IMG/VR virus record: IMGVR_UViG_3300031788_000018
Coordinates: 1 to 56,313 of that record
Direction: 5' to 3' (one strand)
DNA: 56,313 nt
DNA from: a virus
Taxonomy: Duplodnaviria > Caudoviricetes
Shown here in pieces: positions 34,216-43,397 of this stretch. Under the pieces are notes generated by a model that made no database searches, was not told where the DNA came from, and saw nothing but the letters and a program-made list of their open reading frames with translations. The position numbers were made by a program, and so were the translations under genes. How positions within the stretch are numbered: position 1 is the first letter of the stretch; each line of letters begins with the position of its first letter.

Positions 34216-36771
34216 ACTGAATCCATATCTACCGAATGTAACCATCTGTTCCCAGATCAGTTCAGCGGTCTCCAACGACGTATTCTTCGAAGCTCCCTCA
34301 AGAAATGCTGGCTTAATTTTCATTAATTCAGTCATCTTCTTTTTAGCCATATTCTCGCGCAGTAACTCGGCTGCCTCATTGGTAAATCCAGCTAAGACTT
34401 TTGCAATTGTAGACAACTGTTCTTGGAACACAATAACTGAATGAGTTTCAGGTAGAATATCTGCTAGTTCTTTTATCTTAGGAGTAGTGTTGCCTTTACG
34501 TAGCTCCACGTATTCTTCAGCCATGTTTCTACCGGTATCGGCGTCAACGAAGTCCAATGGGCCTGGACGAACCAGGGCAAGTATGAGTCCTAAATCATAG
34601 ATGCTATCCGGTAGAATCTCCATAACAAAAGGAGTCATACTTCTAGAGTTGATCTGGAATAGAGTTTCCGTAGCGCCGCCCCAAATACTCCTAAAGACTT
34701 CTGGTAGTTCTGGAAGATCCCAGATATATAGCTGTTTATCTTTGTGGATAAACTGCCCTACTTCTAGGGAGGAATCGCTTCGTTTATTGATTAGATCTAG
34801 GCAGATTCGGATGTCTTTTAACTGGCTTACAACCAGGAAGTCGTATTTAATGAGTCCGGCGGCTTCCGATTCTTTGGCCTCATATTGAGTTATATGACCT
34901 TCTTTGGTAGGTATAGTATCTTTGATAGGGATATCTGAGAGCAAAAAAGCGCTTGCGTGAGTGGAGAATGCACGAGTTAGGCCCATAGCTTTGGTTACTA
35001 TATTCCAGTCCTTAGGATGTTTTTTTACATAGTCTTTCAGATCATCAGACCCTTCGATTAGACCTGGAACATGTCCTTCATCTTTATCTTCGAAACCAAA
35101 GACGAAGTCTCTATCGGAAATTCCTTGTGGAGGCGGAGGTAGACCTTTAGTGAGGGTTTCGATATAAGGTTCAACTTTACCGTTATTTAAATATCGATGA
35201 ACATCTTTAATAGCTGATTTAAGTCTTATAGTAGTTCTGGTACTAATTTGAGCAGCTTTATCGCTCCAAGTATTATATAGGTATCCGGATTTATTGTCTT
35301 TACCTACTAGTAATTCACGATGTTCAAGGTCAACATCGACATCAGGAAGCTTCCCCATCATAATCCGCTCCATAGAGAAGAAACGGTTGAATGGCAAATC
35401 CCATTTGATTGGATCTAACTGCGTGATTCCAAGTAGATAACAGAACAGCGATCCACCAGCAGACCCACGGCTCGGCCCAGTTAGCTGACCATTTTCCTTA
35501 TAATGATTCAATACATCTCTAATAGGTAAAAAGTAAGCTGTGAGATCTTTTTTGCCGTTTTTAGCTATAACATTGAGTTCGTACCTTAATCTCTCAACAT
35601 AGGTAGAATCATCCCACCTCATTCTCCCATTTTCACGAATAATGACCATAGCTTGCTTTAAGGGATCTCCGCCGCTATCAGCGAGGCGCCATTCATAAGT
35701 TAAAGTTAAATTGTCGAACAAGGAGGCCCATTTAGTATTGTTCTCTAGAACAGCTTCGGCCTGAAGGACTGTCAAATTCATTTGTTTAGTGAGATAGCTT
35801 ACGATCTCGTCTTGGTTCTTCATGTGGAAGTTCGGTTGAAGTTTTGTGTCGCCTTCTAGGCGCATAGCTTGGACTATCTTGTCCTCTTTGTTTGAGTAGT
35901 AAGCGTAATCAGTCGCAAGTATTGGCAAGTTATACTTATTTGCCAAAGCACGCAGGAATTTATTGACTCTTAGTGTTACATCGCCTCCTGGAAGGGGAAT
36001 AAAACCTTTATGTTCAACTACTTCTTTAATAGCCTTATCTATCGGATAGTAAATCAGATTATCTGACTTATTTTTGATTCTGGTATGCAAATTGCCGAAT
36101 AGAAGGTTAGAAGCCTTGATTCTTCTGGCTTTATCTGTAGTTACCCAATCAGTTGATTTTAATATATCTTTAGAACCGTCTTGATATCTGATTTCAACTA
36201 AGGAACACCACATCTTAGTCCAAGGTTCACAAAGCATAGAAACACGAATTCGGTTACCGAATATCTTGATTAACTTAGATAGCACTTGATTCCCAATAGT
36301 GGCCTGCTCGGCCAACATCGGTTTGGAGACCAAGCAATGGATGCCGCCTAGGACTATATTAGTATTGAATTTAGAGATAGCGTCAAGATCAGCCCAGGTC
36401 CATAATTGGTGAGCTTCGCCTTGAACTGTAACGTAATCTGAATCAGTCTTACTAGCGATCCTACAAAGCGCTTGATAAGCTTCTTGATCTTCGCAATAGA
36501 CTGTAGTTGTGAAATACTTAGCTTTCGCAATATTGCCTTGTGTCAATAAGGTACAAGTAGGATCTTTGAAATAGATCTCCATACCAGGGATAAATTTCAA
36601 GCCTGCTTTCTTAGTTAGACCGTACGCTTTTAATGCTGAGGACAGATGTCCAAGGTCAGTATAGGCAAAGTATTCTCTACCAAGCTCTTTAGCTCTGTCG
36701 ATCATATGAGCCAGCGTGCTGCCTGTTAAAGGGGATTCGGGATGTGTGTGCGGTGAAACCAGGAAAGACAT
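33934..36771 (-). CDS. dnaE: DNA polymerase III alpha, N-terminal part (PHP and catalytic core) fused to split-intein N-fragment
   Basis: PHTH, AYTDLG, GPSRGSAGGSL..YLLGIT, LPDVDVD, KYDFL, RPGP, VFQEQ, GRYGFS|C. Confidence 0.95.
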   Translation of the reverse strand: MSFLVSPHTHPESPLTGSTLAHMIDRAKELGREYFAYTDLGHLSSALKAYGLTKKAGLKFIPGMEIYFKDPTCTLLTQGNIAKAKYFTTTVYCEDQEAYQALCRIASKTDSDYVTVQGEAHQLWTWADLDAISKFNTNIVLGGIHCLVSKPMLAEQATIGNQVLSKLIKIFGNRIRVSMLCEPWTKMWCSLVEIRYQDGSKDILKSTDWVTTDKARRIKASNLLFGNLHTRIKNKSDNLIYYPIDKAIKEVVEHKGFIPLPGGDVTLRVNKFLRALANKYNLPILATDYAYYSNKEDKIVQAMRLEGDTKLQPNFHMKNQDEIVSYLTKQMNLTVLQAEAVLENNTKWASLFDNLTLTYEWRLADSGGDPLKQAMVIIRENGRMRWDDSTYVERLRYELNVIAKNGKKDLTAYFLPIRDVLNHYKENGQLTGPSRGSAGGSLFCYLLGITQLDPIKWDLPFNRFFSMERIMMGKLPDVDVDLEHRELLVGKDNKSGYLYNTWSDKAAQISTRTTIRLKSAIKDVHRYLNNGKVEPYIETLTKGLPPPPQGISDRDFVFGFEDKDEGHVPGLIEGSDDLKDYVKKHPKDWNIVTKAMGLTRAFSTHASAFLLSDIPIKDTIPTKEGHITQYEAKESEAAGLIKYDFLVVSQLKDIRICLDLINKRSDSSLEVGQFIHKDKQLYIWDLPELPEVFRSIWGGATETLFQINSRSMTPFVMEILPDSIYDLGLILALVRPGPLDFVDADTGRNMAEEYVELRKGNTTPKIKELADILPETHSVIVFQEQLSTIAKVLAGFTNEAAELLRENMAKKKMTELMKIKPAFLEGASKNTSLETAELIWEQMVTFGRYGFSCFTEDQLIQTKLGVRTIKEAYETKMEIAYLDDNKVKYESPSHWFDQGIKEVFEIELEDGSLIKCTSDHLFMDENGLWKTAKEMVELGFFYGQE

Positions 36772-36774
36772 TTC

Positions 36775-37815
36775 TTATTCCTCTCCAAATCCGATGTTTC
36801 TGCCTTTGGCAAAATTCTCCAGGATCAGCTTTTCTTGATCCTTTAAATCTGCAAGAGCCCGTTCCAAGGTAATTCCATGTAATTTATGGTATATGAACAG
36901 TTCTTTAAGATAAGCAATTGAGTAATCTTTGGTAGCCTTGAATATCTTTTCAGAAGGTTCAGTACCTAGCCAATGAGTTAACAGGGTCTTACGTTCGGAA
37001 TCGGTAGGATTATTAAATAAGTACTTGGAATCAAAACGGGAATGTCTGACTATATTGCCCGGTAAGTCTTCCGGATAGTTAGTACATCCGATGAATATCG
37101 CCCTGCTTGGAGAAAGTTCGCCATCTAGGAAGTTTAATAATTCATCTAAATCGCCCATACTTTCACTGGAACGTACGATTTCAGTCATTTCTTCAAGAAT
37201 AAACACTTTCAATCTATCACCAAGCGTATGGCTCATATGTTGCAAAAAATGAAGCTCCGGCATATGTTTCAAGAAAATAATTATAGCATCTTTAGGAAAT
37301 ACAGAATTAACTAATTCACGTATAGTGGTGGACTTAGAATTGCCCGGAGGTCCATAGAACAAGAATCCTCTTTTATAGATAACTCCAGTGCTTTTATATA
37401 AATCTTCATTAGACAGAAAAGCCTCTATATCTTTAGATACTTTTTCTACTACATTACTAATCCGTATAACGGTCTCTTTTCTGAGTTGCATAGGAATTAG
37501 ATGCTCAGGCGTCTCCATAGCTGCTCTACTATACTGATAGCATCCAGCTGGAAGTTCCGTTAAGGATTCCGGGTTAGGCTCTATGCAACGTTTGAAAATC
37601 GGTACCCCACCATTATTAGTGTGAAAAGACAAACCTTCATCATTAAACTTCTCATTCAATTGTTGAGCTTCTAGACCGGGAAAGGCTATGAAAGTTGTAG
37701 TAAGTTCTGGAATAGAGTAAAATCCTTCCTGAACAGAATAGTGCCACAGTTTAGTTCGTTTGATCTTTATTAAAAACTCTGCTTGCAATTTATCAAAATC
37801 ACTATGATAATTCAT
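36775..37815 (-). CDS. AAA+ ATPase (classical clade, BCS1/FtsH-like module)
   Basis: KRGFLFYGPPGNSKST, ILEEM, LLNFLDG, CTNYPE, R.SRFD. Confidence 0.85.
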   Translation of the reverse strand: MNYHSDFDKLQAEFLIKIKRTKLWHYSVQEGFYSIPELTTTFIAFPGLEAQQLNEKFNDEGLSFHTNNGGVPIFKRCIEPNPESLTELPAGCYQYSRAAMETPEHLIPMQLRKETVIRISNVVEKVSKDIEAFLSNEDLYKSTGVIYKRGFLFYGPPGNSKSTTIRELVNSVFPKDAIIIFLKHMPELHFLQHMSHTLGDRLKVFILEEMTEIVRSSESMGDLDELLNFLDGELSPSRAIFIGCTNYPEDLPGNIVRHSRFDSKYLFNNPTDSERKTLLTHWLGTEPSEKIFKATKDYSIAYLKELFIYHKLHGITLERALADLKDQEKLILENFAKGRNIGFGEE

Positions 37816-37827
37816 GTTTCGCCTTTC

Positions 37828-38145
37828 TTAGAACTGTTGAATAAACATTGTATCTTTATATACGCCGGTTTGTTTTGGATCAAATACTTTAGCTTCTTCT
37901 TCGCATATCTTTACGGACTTGTCTTTATTAACGCCGACTAGTTTTAAGTTATTTATAATACTTTCAACACAACCAACGTAATAGGTGATTCTAAGCAAAG
38001 CTTTCAAAGCATCCGTAGCAGCTTTTTGATCTGCTATGCTTGCTGTCTCTTTTACTGGAATGGAACCTGGATCTAACTTATCTCTTTCGATAGGCGGCGG
38101 AATAGAAGCGCAGGCTGTAAGTAGCAGAATTAATAGATATTTCAT
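37828..38145 (-). CDS. Putative lipoprotein
   Basis: MKYLLILLLTAC lipobox. Confidence 0.6.
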   Translation of the reverse strand: MKYLLILLLTACASIPPPIERDKLDPGSIPVKETASIADQKAATDALKALLRITYYVGCVESIINNLKLVGVNKDKSVKICEEEAKVFDPKQTGVYKDTMFIQQF

Positions 38146-38146
38146 A

Positions 38147-38776
38147 TCATTCGCTTTCCAGCAAGCTGATTAAATCTTGCTTTGCAGAGTTTTCTTTCTT
38201 AGATTCCATGAGCTTAATAAAAGCCCGATAAACATCAACTGTCATTAGAACGTCAGCGCGAGCTTCATGAGCTTCGCGTTTTGGCAGACCGAAGTAATCA
38301 ACCAAGATACTTAGCTTTCCAACATCTTGCGGTAACCATGTGGAATCCTTGAGGAATTGACAAATGAGCATTGTGTCAATTACGGCATAGTCAATATAAA
38401 CATCCCACTCAGATTTAGTCAATAAATGTTTCCATATAAAGAACAGATCGAAATACACATTTTGTCCAAGAGGTCTTAGATTGCGTTTTTTGTCCGAGTA
38501 TTTACTAATCATTGTCAAAAGTTTAACTTTAGCCTCTGAATAAGTAATAGTATCTGGATCTTCAAGATGTGTTTTTAGATCGATTTTATTGACTTCCAAA
38601 GCTCCGGCTTCAGCGATAGGGATACCAGAGTCTGGTTTTAGTTTCAAATTAAGTTCTTCTACAACTCTTAATTCACTATCCAAGATAGTGAAGTAAGCCG
38701 TTAGAATATCGCACGAATCGGGATTCATTCCGCCGGTTTCGGTATCGAATGCTAGAATATAATTAGCTTTACTCAC
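38147..38776 (-). CDS. dnaQ: DEDDh 3'-5' exonuclease (DNA polymerase III epsilon-like)
   Basis: AFDTETGG, GQNVYFD, IDT, AHEARADV. Confidence 0.85.
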   Translation of the reverse strand: MSKANYILAFDTETGGMNPDSCDILTAYFTILDSELRVVEELNLKLKPDSGIPIAEAGALEVNKIDLKTHLEDPDTITYSEAKVKLLTMISKYSDKKRNLRPLGQNVYFDLFFIWKHLLTKSEWDVYIDYAVIDTMLICQFLKDSTWLPQDVGKLSILVDYFGLPKREAHEARADVLMTVDVYRAFIKLMESKKENSAKQDLISLLESE

Positions 38777-38797
38777 GAAGACCTACTTTCTCTTTCC

Positions 38798-38826
38798 AGT
38801 ATAACACATAAGAAAATAGAAGGCAA
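38798..38826 (-). promoter_or_regulatory. sigma70-type promoter TTGCCT-17-TATACT
   Basis: Minus strand ttgcct tctattttcttatgtgt tatact. Confidence 0.6.
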
Positions 38827-38827
38827 G

Positions 38828-39043
38828 CTATTTCTTATTCATCCTACTTCTTAGGATTTCGATAGTCTCTTCATAGATTTCATGGACTTCCCGTTCGGTC
38901 AATAATAAGAGTTTAGCTATAGCTTCTTCTTTGACACCTTCGGGATTCTTGGCAGTGAACTTATTCAATGAATTAGAGAACTTAGGCGATCTAATGTAAT
39001 CGTCCTCAGTCAAGATCTTGTTTTTAATATCATTCTTATCCAT
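38828..39043 (-). CDS. Small HTH protein (sigma region-4-like)
   Basis: EEAIAKLLLLTEREVHEIYEETIEILR. Confidence 0.5.
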   Translation of the reverse strand: MDKNDIKNKILTEDDYIRSPKFSNSLNKFTAKNPEGVKEEAIAKLLLLTEREVHEIYEETIEILRSRMNKK

Positions 39044-39044
39044 A

Positions 39045-39422
39045 TTATTCTCTTTTGAAGTTGACATAAATTACATTGCCAGCTTCTTGTATTTTAACCG
39101 CATCGGCATATTGACTTAGGGCTTTTTCCATAACAAGCACTACTGCTGATAAAGATCCAATGAACATGTTCTTGGCTTCATATAGCTCAGATAGCCGTTT
39201 CGTTACGGCTTGCTTTTCAATATTTGCTTTCTTATATTCTGGAATAGACGCAATAGTATCTGATTGTTTTAAGACGGACAAGTTCTCATCTAAGACATCT
39301 TTTAAAGTAACGTACATATCTATATCGTATTGTAATTTATCGATATTAGTCTGACATAGATCCGCTCTAGCTTGTGCTTCTTTTATGATTCTATCTAAAG
39401 TTTCTATAGTGTTATTGCTCAT
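39045..39422 (-). CDS. Hypothetical coiled-coil protein
   Basis: Heptad pattern. Confidence 0.65.
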   Translation of the reverse strand: MSNNTIETLDRIIKEAQARADLCQTNIDKLQYDIDMYVTLKDVLDENLSVLKQSDTIASIPEYKKANIEKQAVTKRLSELYEAKNMFIGSLSAVVLVMEKALSQYADAVKIQEAGNVIYVNFKRE

Positions 39423-39772
39423 TTGAGGGCTCCAATTATGTTCTTATTGAACTATTTATTACGAATCCATTCATTGTATTGCTGTTCAGTTACGTCATCA
39501 TGGCCGGGCTTGTATTCTATTATTTCCGGAGGCATTCCCTGCTCTACTCACAGAGCGTGATCTTCTTCGGAAACCGATTTAGCATGTATCCATTCATCAA
39601 AACCTGGATAAGGACCTTTGGTCCACCAACTTTTGCCTTGCAATATCCCATGGATCCACCATTCCATCGCACCAGTAGTCATGATAACTGCGGGATTATT
39701 TTCGCAATGTAATTTATCGTTTAAATAAACGAATTTATTACCATCTTTATCTATAATTAAACCATTCTTCAT
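39419..39772 (-). pseudogene. HREDGPA-like, tail-family gene interrupted by two in-frame stops
   Basis: One frame reads MKNGL...LHCENNPA...DHAL*VEQG...WIRNK*FNKNIIGALK*; stops TGA 39548-39550 and TAG 39452-39454. Confidence 0.75.
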
Positions 39773-41367
39773 TTTAATCTCCATTTACCATTGATACAAT
39801 TAATCATTTGACGACTTCCATTTTCATAAACTAAACACGAAGTATTAAACCAAGATGAGGCGCCTTGAGTATAGTTTAGTCTTAAGTGAGTGCTAGTCCC
39901 GACTTGCCAGAAACCTCTTAAAATCTTTGGCGTATGACTGTGTCCTACCACACAGTTCAAATGAGCCCGTTCTAGAGTATTAGCTGAACCTCTGGATCCG
40001 TTAGCTCCCTTATGTCCGTGAGTACCTAATTCTATTCCGCTTACCGTATAGGACTCGTCCATCTTGAGCCATTTGATACGCTCTGGATGTTTTAGGCCTA
40101 TTATCTTCTCTAAAGCATATTGTAGCGGACTTTCGCCATTGACCATTGCTCCGACTAATCTTGAAGCAAATTCCACATTTAAAGGATCCATAGCGAATTT
40201 CATCTTTGCTAAGAAGTGCTTGCTAAGAAAATCATGATGGTTTGAATCTACGATAACTACGGTTTTAGCTTTTTCTGTCTCTTGATTCAATATCTTAGCG
40301 CATTCACGAAGTTCTTTCTCAAGACTAAGCTTATCGCCTTTAGATAATTGAGCTTTACGTAGTATATCTTGTTCTTCATGATGATTAATTGATACGCCGC
40401 TAAAGAAGTCGTGGTGAATTCTGACCGGATTACCTAAAGCGGAAGTGACTTCATCCCAAGCTTTTGCAACTACTGGATTAGTCTCAGTTACATGATAATC
40501 GCCAATTACGAAATGCGTTGGATTCATCTTGATGATTTTTTTAGACGTATACTGAAATCCTAAATCTACGAAGCCTTTATCTATGAATTGTACTTGTCTA
40601 AAGTGATAAATCTCATCATTTTCTATTTCAACCACGACGGCGCCGAATACATGATCGCTTTCGGCAATACTAGACGATCTATCTTGATTACCGTTTTTAT
40701 CAAAGTAATTAGGCTTAGTCACAGCTCCTGTAGACATAATGGCATGAGGTAAACTGCTGTTCCCGGTCGCAATGAACTCTAGAGATTGCTTTGGACTAGC
40801 TATGATCGTAGAACCATTACGTTGTCCAAGGCGGGCTAGGCTAGTTAAAGGATTGCTATTTTTAGCAGGAACTTTAATATTACTTAAACATAAGTTAGAA
40901 TTCAGATTAAGTTTTCCGAATACCCAGTTCTCGCCTGATAGTTTTGGATCCGCATCTTTCATTACATGATCCGTCGGCATGAGTAATAGCAAAGCTTTAT
41001 TACTTTTACAGTAATTATGAAGACTAGCTAGGAAATCTACATGTGCCGGAGCGCCACTTACTGCTGAAGTGATTATAAATCGTTTGAAATTCTTAACTTG
41101 TTTTTGCAATTCATCTGAAGAATCCGATTCCCTTATAATATTGGAAATTATAGATCCCTTAATCTTAGGTGAATGGATCAAAGCTGTTTCTTTTAATTTA
41201 GTTAAACTTCCAAAATGATATCGGATACTATCTTTATTAAAACCTGAATTAAACATGTCTGTAGAACTAGGATATCTTTTATTCTTCTTTGTAAACGCTA
41301 AATAACTTTTAAGAATATTCTTTGCATCATCACTTTTAAGGAAATTCTTAGGATTAACTTTATGCAT
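39769..41367 (-). CDS. T5 A1-like metallophosphoesterase/nuclease
   Basis: RFIITSA, STGAVT, GDYH, HDFF.G..INHH, SNHH, HGH.G.NG.RG, GHSH, VGTS. Confidence 0.65.
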   Translation of the reverse strand: MHKVNPKNFLKSDDAKNILKSYLAFTKKNKRYPSSTDMFNSGFNKDSIRYHFGSLTKLKETALIHSPKIKGSIISNIIRESDSSDELQKQVKNFKRFIITSAVSGAPAHVDFLASLHNYCKSNKALLLLMPTDHVMKDADPKLSGENWVFGKLNLNSNLCLSNIKVPAKNSNPLTSLARLGQRNGSTIIASPKQSLEFIATGNSSLPHAIMSTGAVTKPNYFDKNGNQDRSSSIAESDHVFGAVVVEIENDEIYHFRQVQFIDKGFVDLGFQYTSKKIIKMNPTHFVIGDYHVTETNPVVAKAWDEVTSALGNPVRIHHDFFSGVSINHHEEQDILRKAQLSKGDKLSLEKELRECAKILNQETEKAKTVVIVDSNHHDFLSKHFLAKMKFAMDPLNVEFASRLVGAMVNGESPLQYALEKIIGLKHPERIKWLKMDESYTVSGIELGTHGHKGANGSRGSANTLERAHLNCVVGHSHTPKILRGFWQVGTSTHLRLNYTQGASSWFNTSCLVYENGSRQMINCINGKWRLK

Positions 41368-41443
41368 TGTATAGAACCTTTCTATTAACTAAACACTATA
41401 TAAGCCAATACAGCTGTAAACGCTGCGGCAACTGAAACGGCTA

Positions 41444-41767
41444 TTATGAACTTTTTCTATTAGAAACTGGAATAGGTGTTTCGTGTTGCTGTAATAGTTT
41501 ATTAATAAAAGCATCTAATTCCAGCATTTGATCTTTAAACGATTCTTCCCTATGGGTTTTAATCTGTTCAGGAGTTGGCCAATTCTTGCGATTCTCCGCC
41601 ATTTGTGGAGCTAAAGCATTGGTTCTTTTGACTTTAAAAGCTTCATATTCTTCTGTTTTCTTCTTATCGAAAGCTACAAGTTGCTCATCGGTCCAATGGG
41701 CATTTTCTTTATCCCATTTAGCGAGAGCAGCTTTAACTAACATTTCGTCGAAATCTTCTTTACTCAT
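41444..41767 (-). CDS. Hypothetical protein; the -1 frame continues into a TM helix ending at 41385
   Basis: Start MSKEDF at 41767 (the longer ORF crosses a terminator). Confidence 0.6.
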   Translation of the reverse strand: MSKEDFDEMLVKAALAKWDKENAHWTDEQLVAFDKKKTEEYEAFKVKRTNALAPQMAENRKNWPTPEQIKTHREESFKDQMLELDAFINKLLQQHETPIPVSNRKSS

Positions 41768-41780
41768 ATGAAGTCCCTTC

Positions 41781-41811
41781 AAAGAAAACCCGCCCCGTAA
41801 TTGGGGCGGGT
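41781..41811 (-). terminator. Rho-independent terminator
   Basis: acccgcccc-loop-ggggcgggt followed by a U-tract on the minus strand. Confidence 0.85.
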
Positions 41812-41826
41812 ATAAATACGAATAGA

Positions 41827-42396
41827 TCACTCAGCGGCTGGAGCTAAAACTTCCGCTTCTAAAGCAGGAGCGGTAGCTTCAACAGCTGTAGCTGATTCAG
41901 CTGAAGGAGCATCAGGTTGAACGATAGAAAAAGTTTCCATCAATTCTAATTTCAACTTGCCTTCTTCGATTTCAATAAGATCGCCCACTTTTGCACCAAT
42001 AAGTTTTGCTTTAGCAAGTTCAGTTAAAGCGGAAAATACAACTTGTAAACGTGGATTTACAACTTGGCCAGTACTATCGATTTCTCGACCGACAATAAAT
42101 GAATTGTCAGTTACTGTATCTCCAGGCGATAGGATACCTTGTGCAACAAGGCTATCGACTTTAGCTTTTAATTCAGCGACATTATTAGCAATCATATGAG
42201 CGCCTATATTGTCTTCAGATAATTCAAGTCCACTTTTTGAAGTCTTAACAACTGCATCAAGTTTATTGTTTAATAATTTGACAGCATCTTTAAGTGTCAA
42301 AATATCTTTAGTCATCATTTCAACGACTTGAAAAGTGCTCATTAAGCCTTTTTCTAAGTCCTCGATTCTTTGTGTGGCGGTTTTATTACTTTCCAT
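41827..42396 (-). CDS. Coiled-coil protein with GreA/GreB C-terminal- or FKBP-like domain
   Basis: AKLIGAKVGDLIEI resembles GreA ALIGKKVGD; own promoter and terminator. Confidence 0.45.
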   Translation of the reverse strand: MESNKTATQRIEDLEKGLMSTFQVVEMMTKDILTLKDAVKLLNNKLDAVVKTSKSGLELSEDNIGAHMIANNVAELKAKVDSLVAQGILSPGDTVTDNSFIVGREIDSTGQVVNPRLQVVFSALTELAKAKLIGAKVGDLIEIEEGKLKLELMETFSIVQPDAPSAESATAVEATAPALEAEVLAPAAE

Positions 42397-42416
42397 TTGG
42401 GTACTCCTTATTGATT

Positions 42417-42445
42417 AGTATATCACGATTGTGTCGTAATAGCAA
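42417..42445 (-). promoter_or_regulatory. sigma70-type promoter TTGCTA-17-TATACT
   Basis: Minus strand ttgcta ttacgacacaatcgtga tatact. Confidence 0.6.
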
Positions 42446-42458
42446 GGTTAATAATGAC

Positions 42459-43397
42459 CTACTTCTTAAAGTAGTCCATTAAGTTAGACATGTTTAAATT
42501 TCTTACTGCCGGATGTGTCCCTAGGGAAGCGGACATAGTCGCTGCCGCTTGTTGAGTGGCCATTTGATTTCTTTGATCTAGAGACGGCATAGGTTTCGCA
42601 TCTTTTGGCCTCTTAGGTTTCCTGGACTTTTGAGTTTCAGTTACCAAAGCATTGCGTTCCTGAAGAGTCATATTAGTAGTATCCACTTCCTCATTCGAAG
42701 TAACAGGTGTCGCAGCTTTAGGTTTAGCTTCTCGTCTAATGGGAGTTCCTTTAGAAGGCATCGGTGCAGATTTAGGAACTTGAACTTGCTTAGGCGGCAA
42801 AGTAGAAGCGGGCACTGCTAACGTACTGAGAGTCGGCTTGGACTTAAGTTCAATAGGATTCAAAGCTATTGGTTTAACAGCCATTTGCGTCACAGGCGCG
42901 GCAGTAATAGCAGGCTTGTTCTGAGTCATATTGCGAAGTACGGCCTTAAGAGTCATTATTTCCATCTCACTAAAATGAGCGGATAACGGATCTACTTTTT
43001 GAACTTCCTGCCTCATACCAAGCATAATTTCCATGCGTTCTTTAGCGAAACGGCGAATTTCTCTTTGGACGTTTCTTGCGGCCTTAGATTCGGAGCCTCC
43101 AAAAAGATCGCTATTCATTATAAGTTCGTAAAGACTGCCTTGTTCTAATCTTAGACGAGCATCTGATAGTACGTCAGTAAAATCATCATCCGTATCTTCT
43201 ATTGTAAGCTCTTCAGATGATTCGAATACTTGATGTATTTCTTCCGCTTGCTGTACGACTGGAGCCGCTTGCTGGACAGGTTGAATAGTCTTTATATTCA
43301 AAGGTGCATTTCCCCATTGATCGGGAGTGTCACGGAACGTACTGTCATCTTCATATCGGTTTGGATCTTGATTTTGGGACCAGAAATTCGTACTCAT
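42459..43397 (-). CDS. Hypothetical protein, largely disordered (Pro/Lys/Thr-rich)
   Basis: 312-aa ORF. Confidence 0.65.
   Translation of the reverse strand: MSTNFWSQNQDPNRYEDDSTFRDTPDQWGNAPLNIKTIQPVQQAAPVVQQAEEIHQVFESSEELTIEDTDDDFTDVLSDARLRLEQGSLYELIMNSDLFGGSESKAARNVQREIRRFAKERMEIMLGMRQEVQKVDPLSAHFSEMEIMTLKAVLRNMTQNKPAITAAPVTQMAVKPIALNPIELKSKPTLSTLAVPASTLPPKQVQVPKSAPMPSKGTPIRREAKPKAATPVTSNEEVDTTNMTLQERNALVTETQKSRKPKRPKDAKPMPSLDQRNQMATQQAAATMSASLGTHPAVRNLNMSNLMDYFKK

Noticed and set aside
39452-39550. Genome-wide stop-codon reassignment (TAG=Gln or TGA=Trp)
   Set aside because: Long conserved genes are intact in code 11, and TAG and TGA end many genes at sensible positions (TAG at 8760, 10575, 17629; many ATGA overlaps). 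Only this one gene is interrupted.
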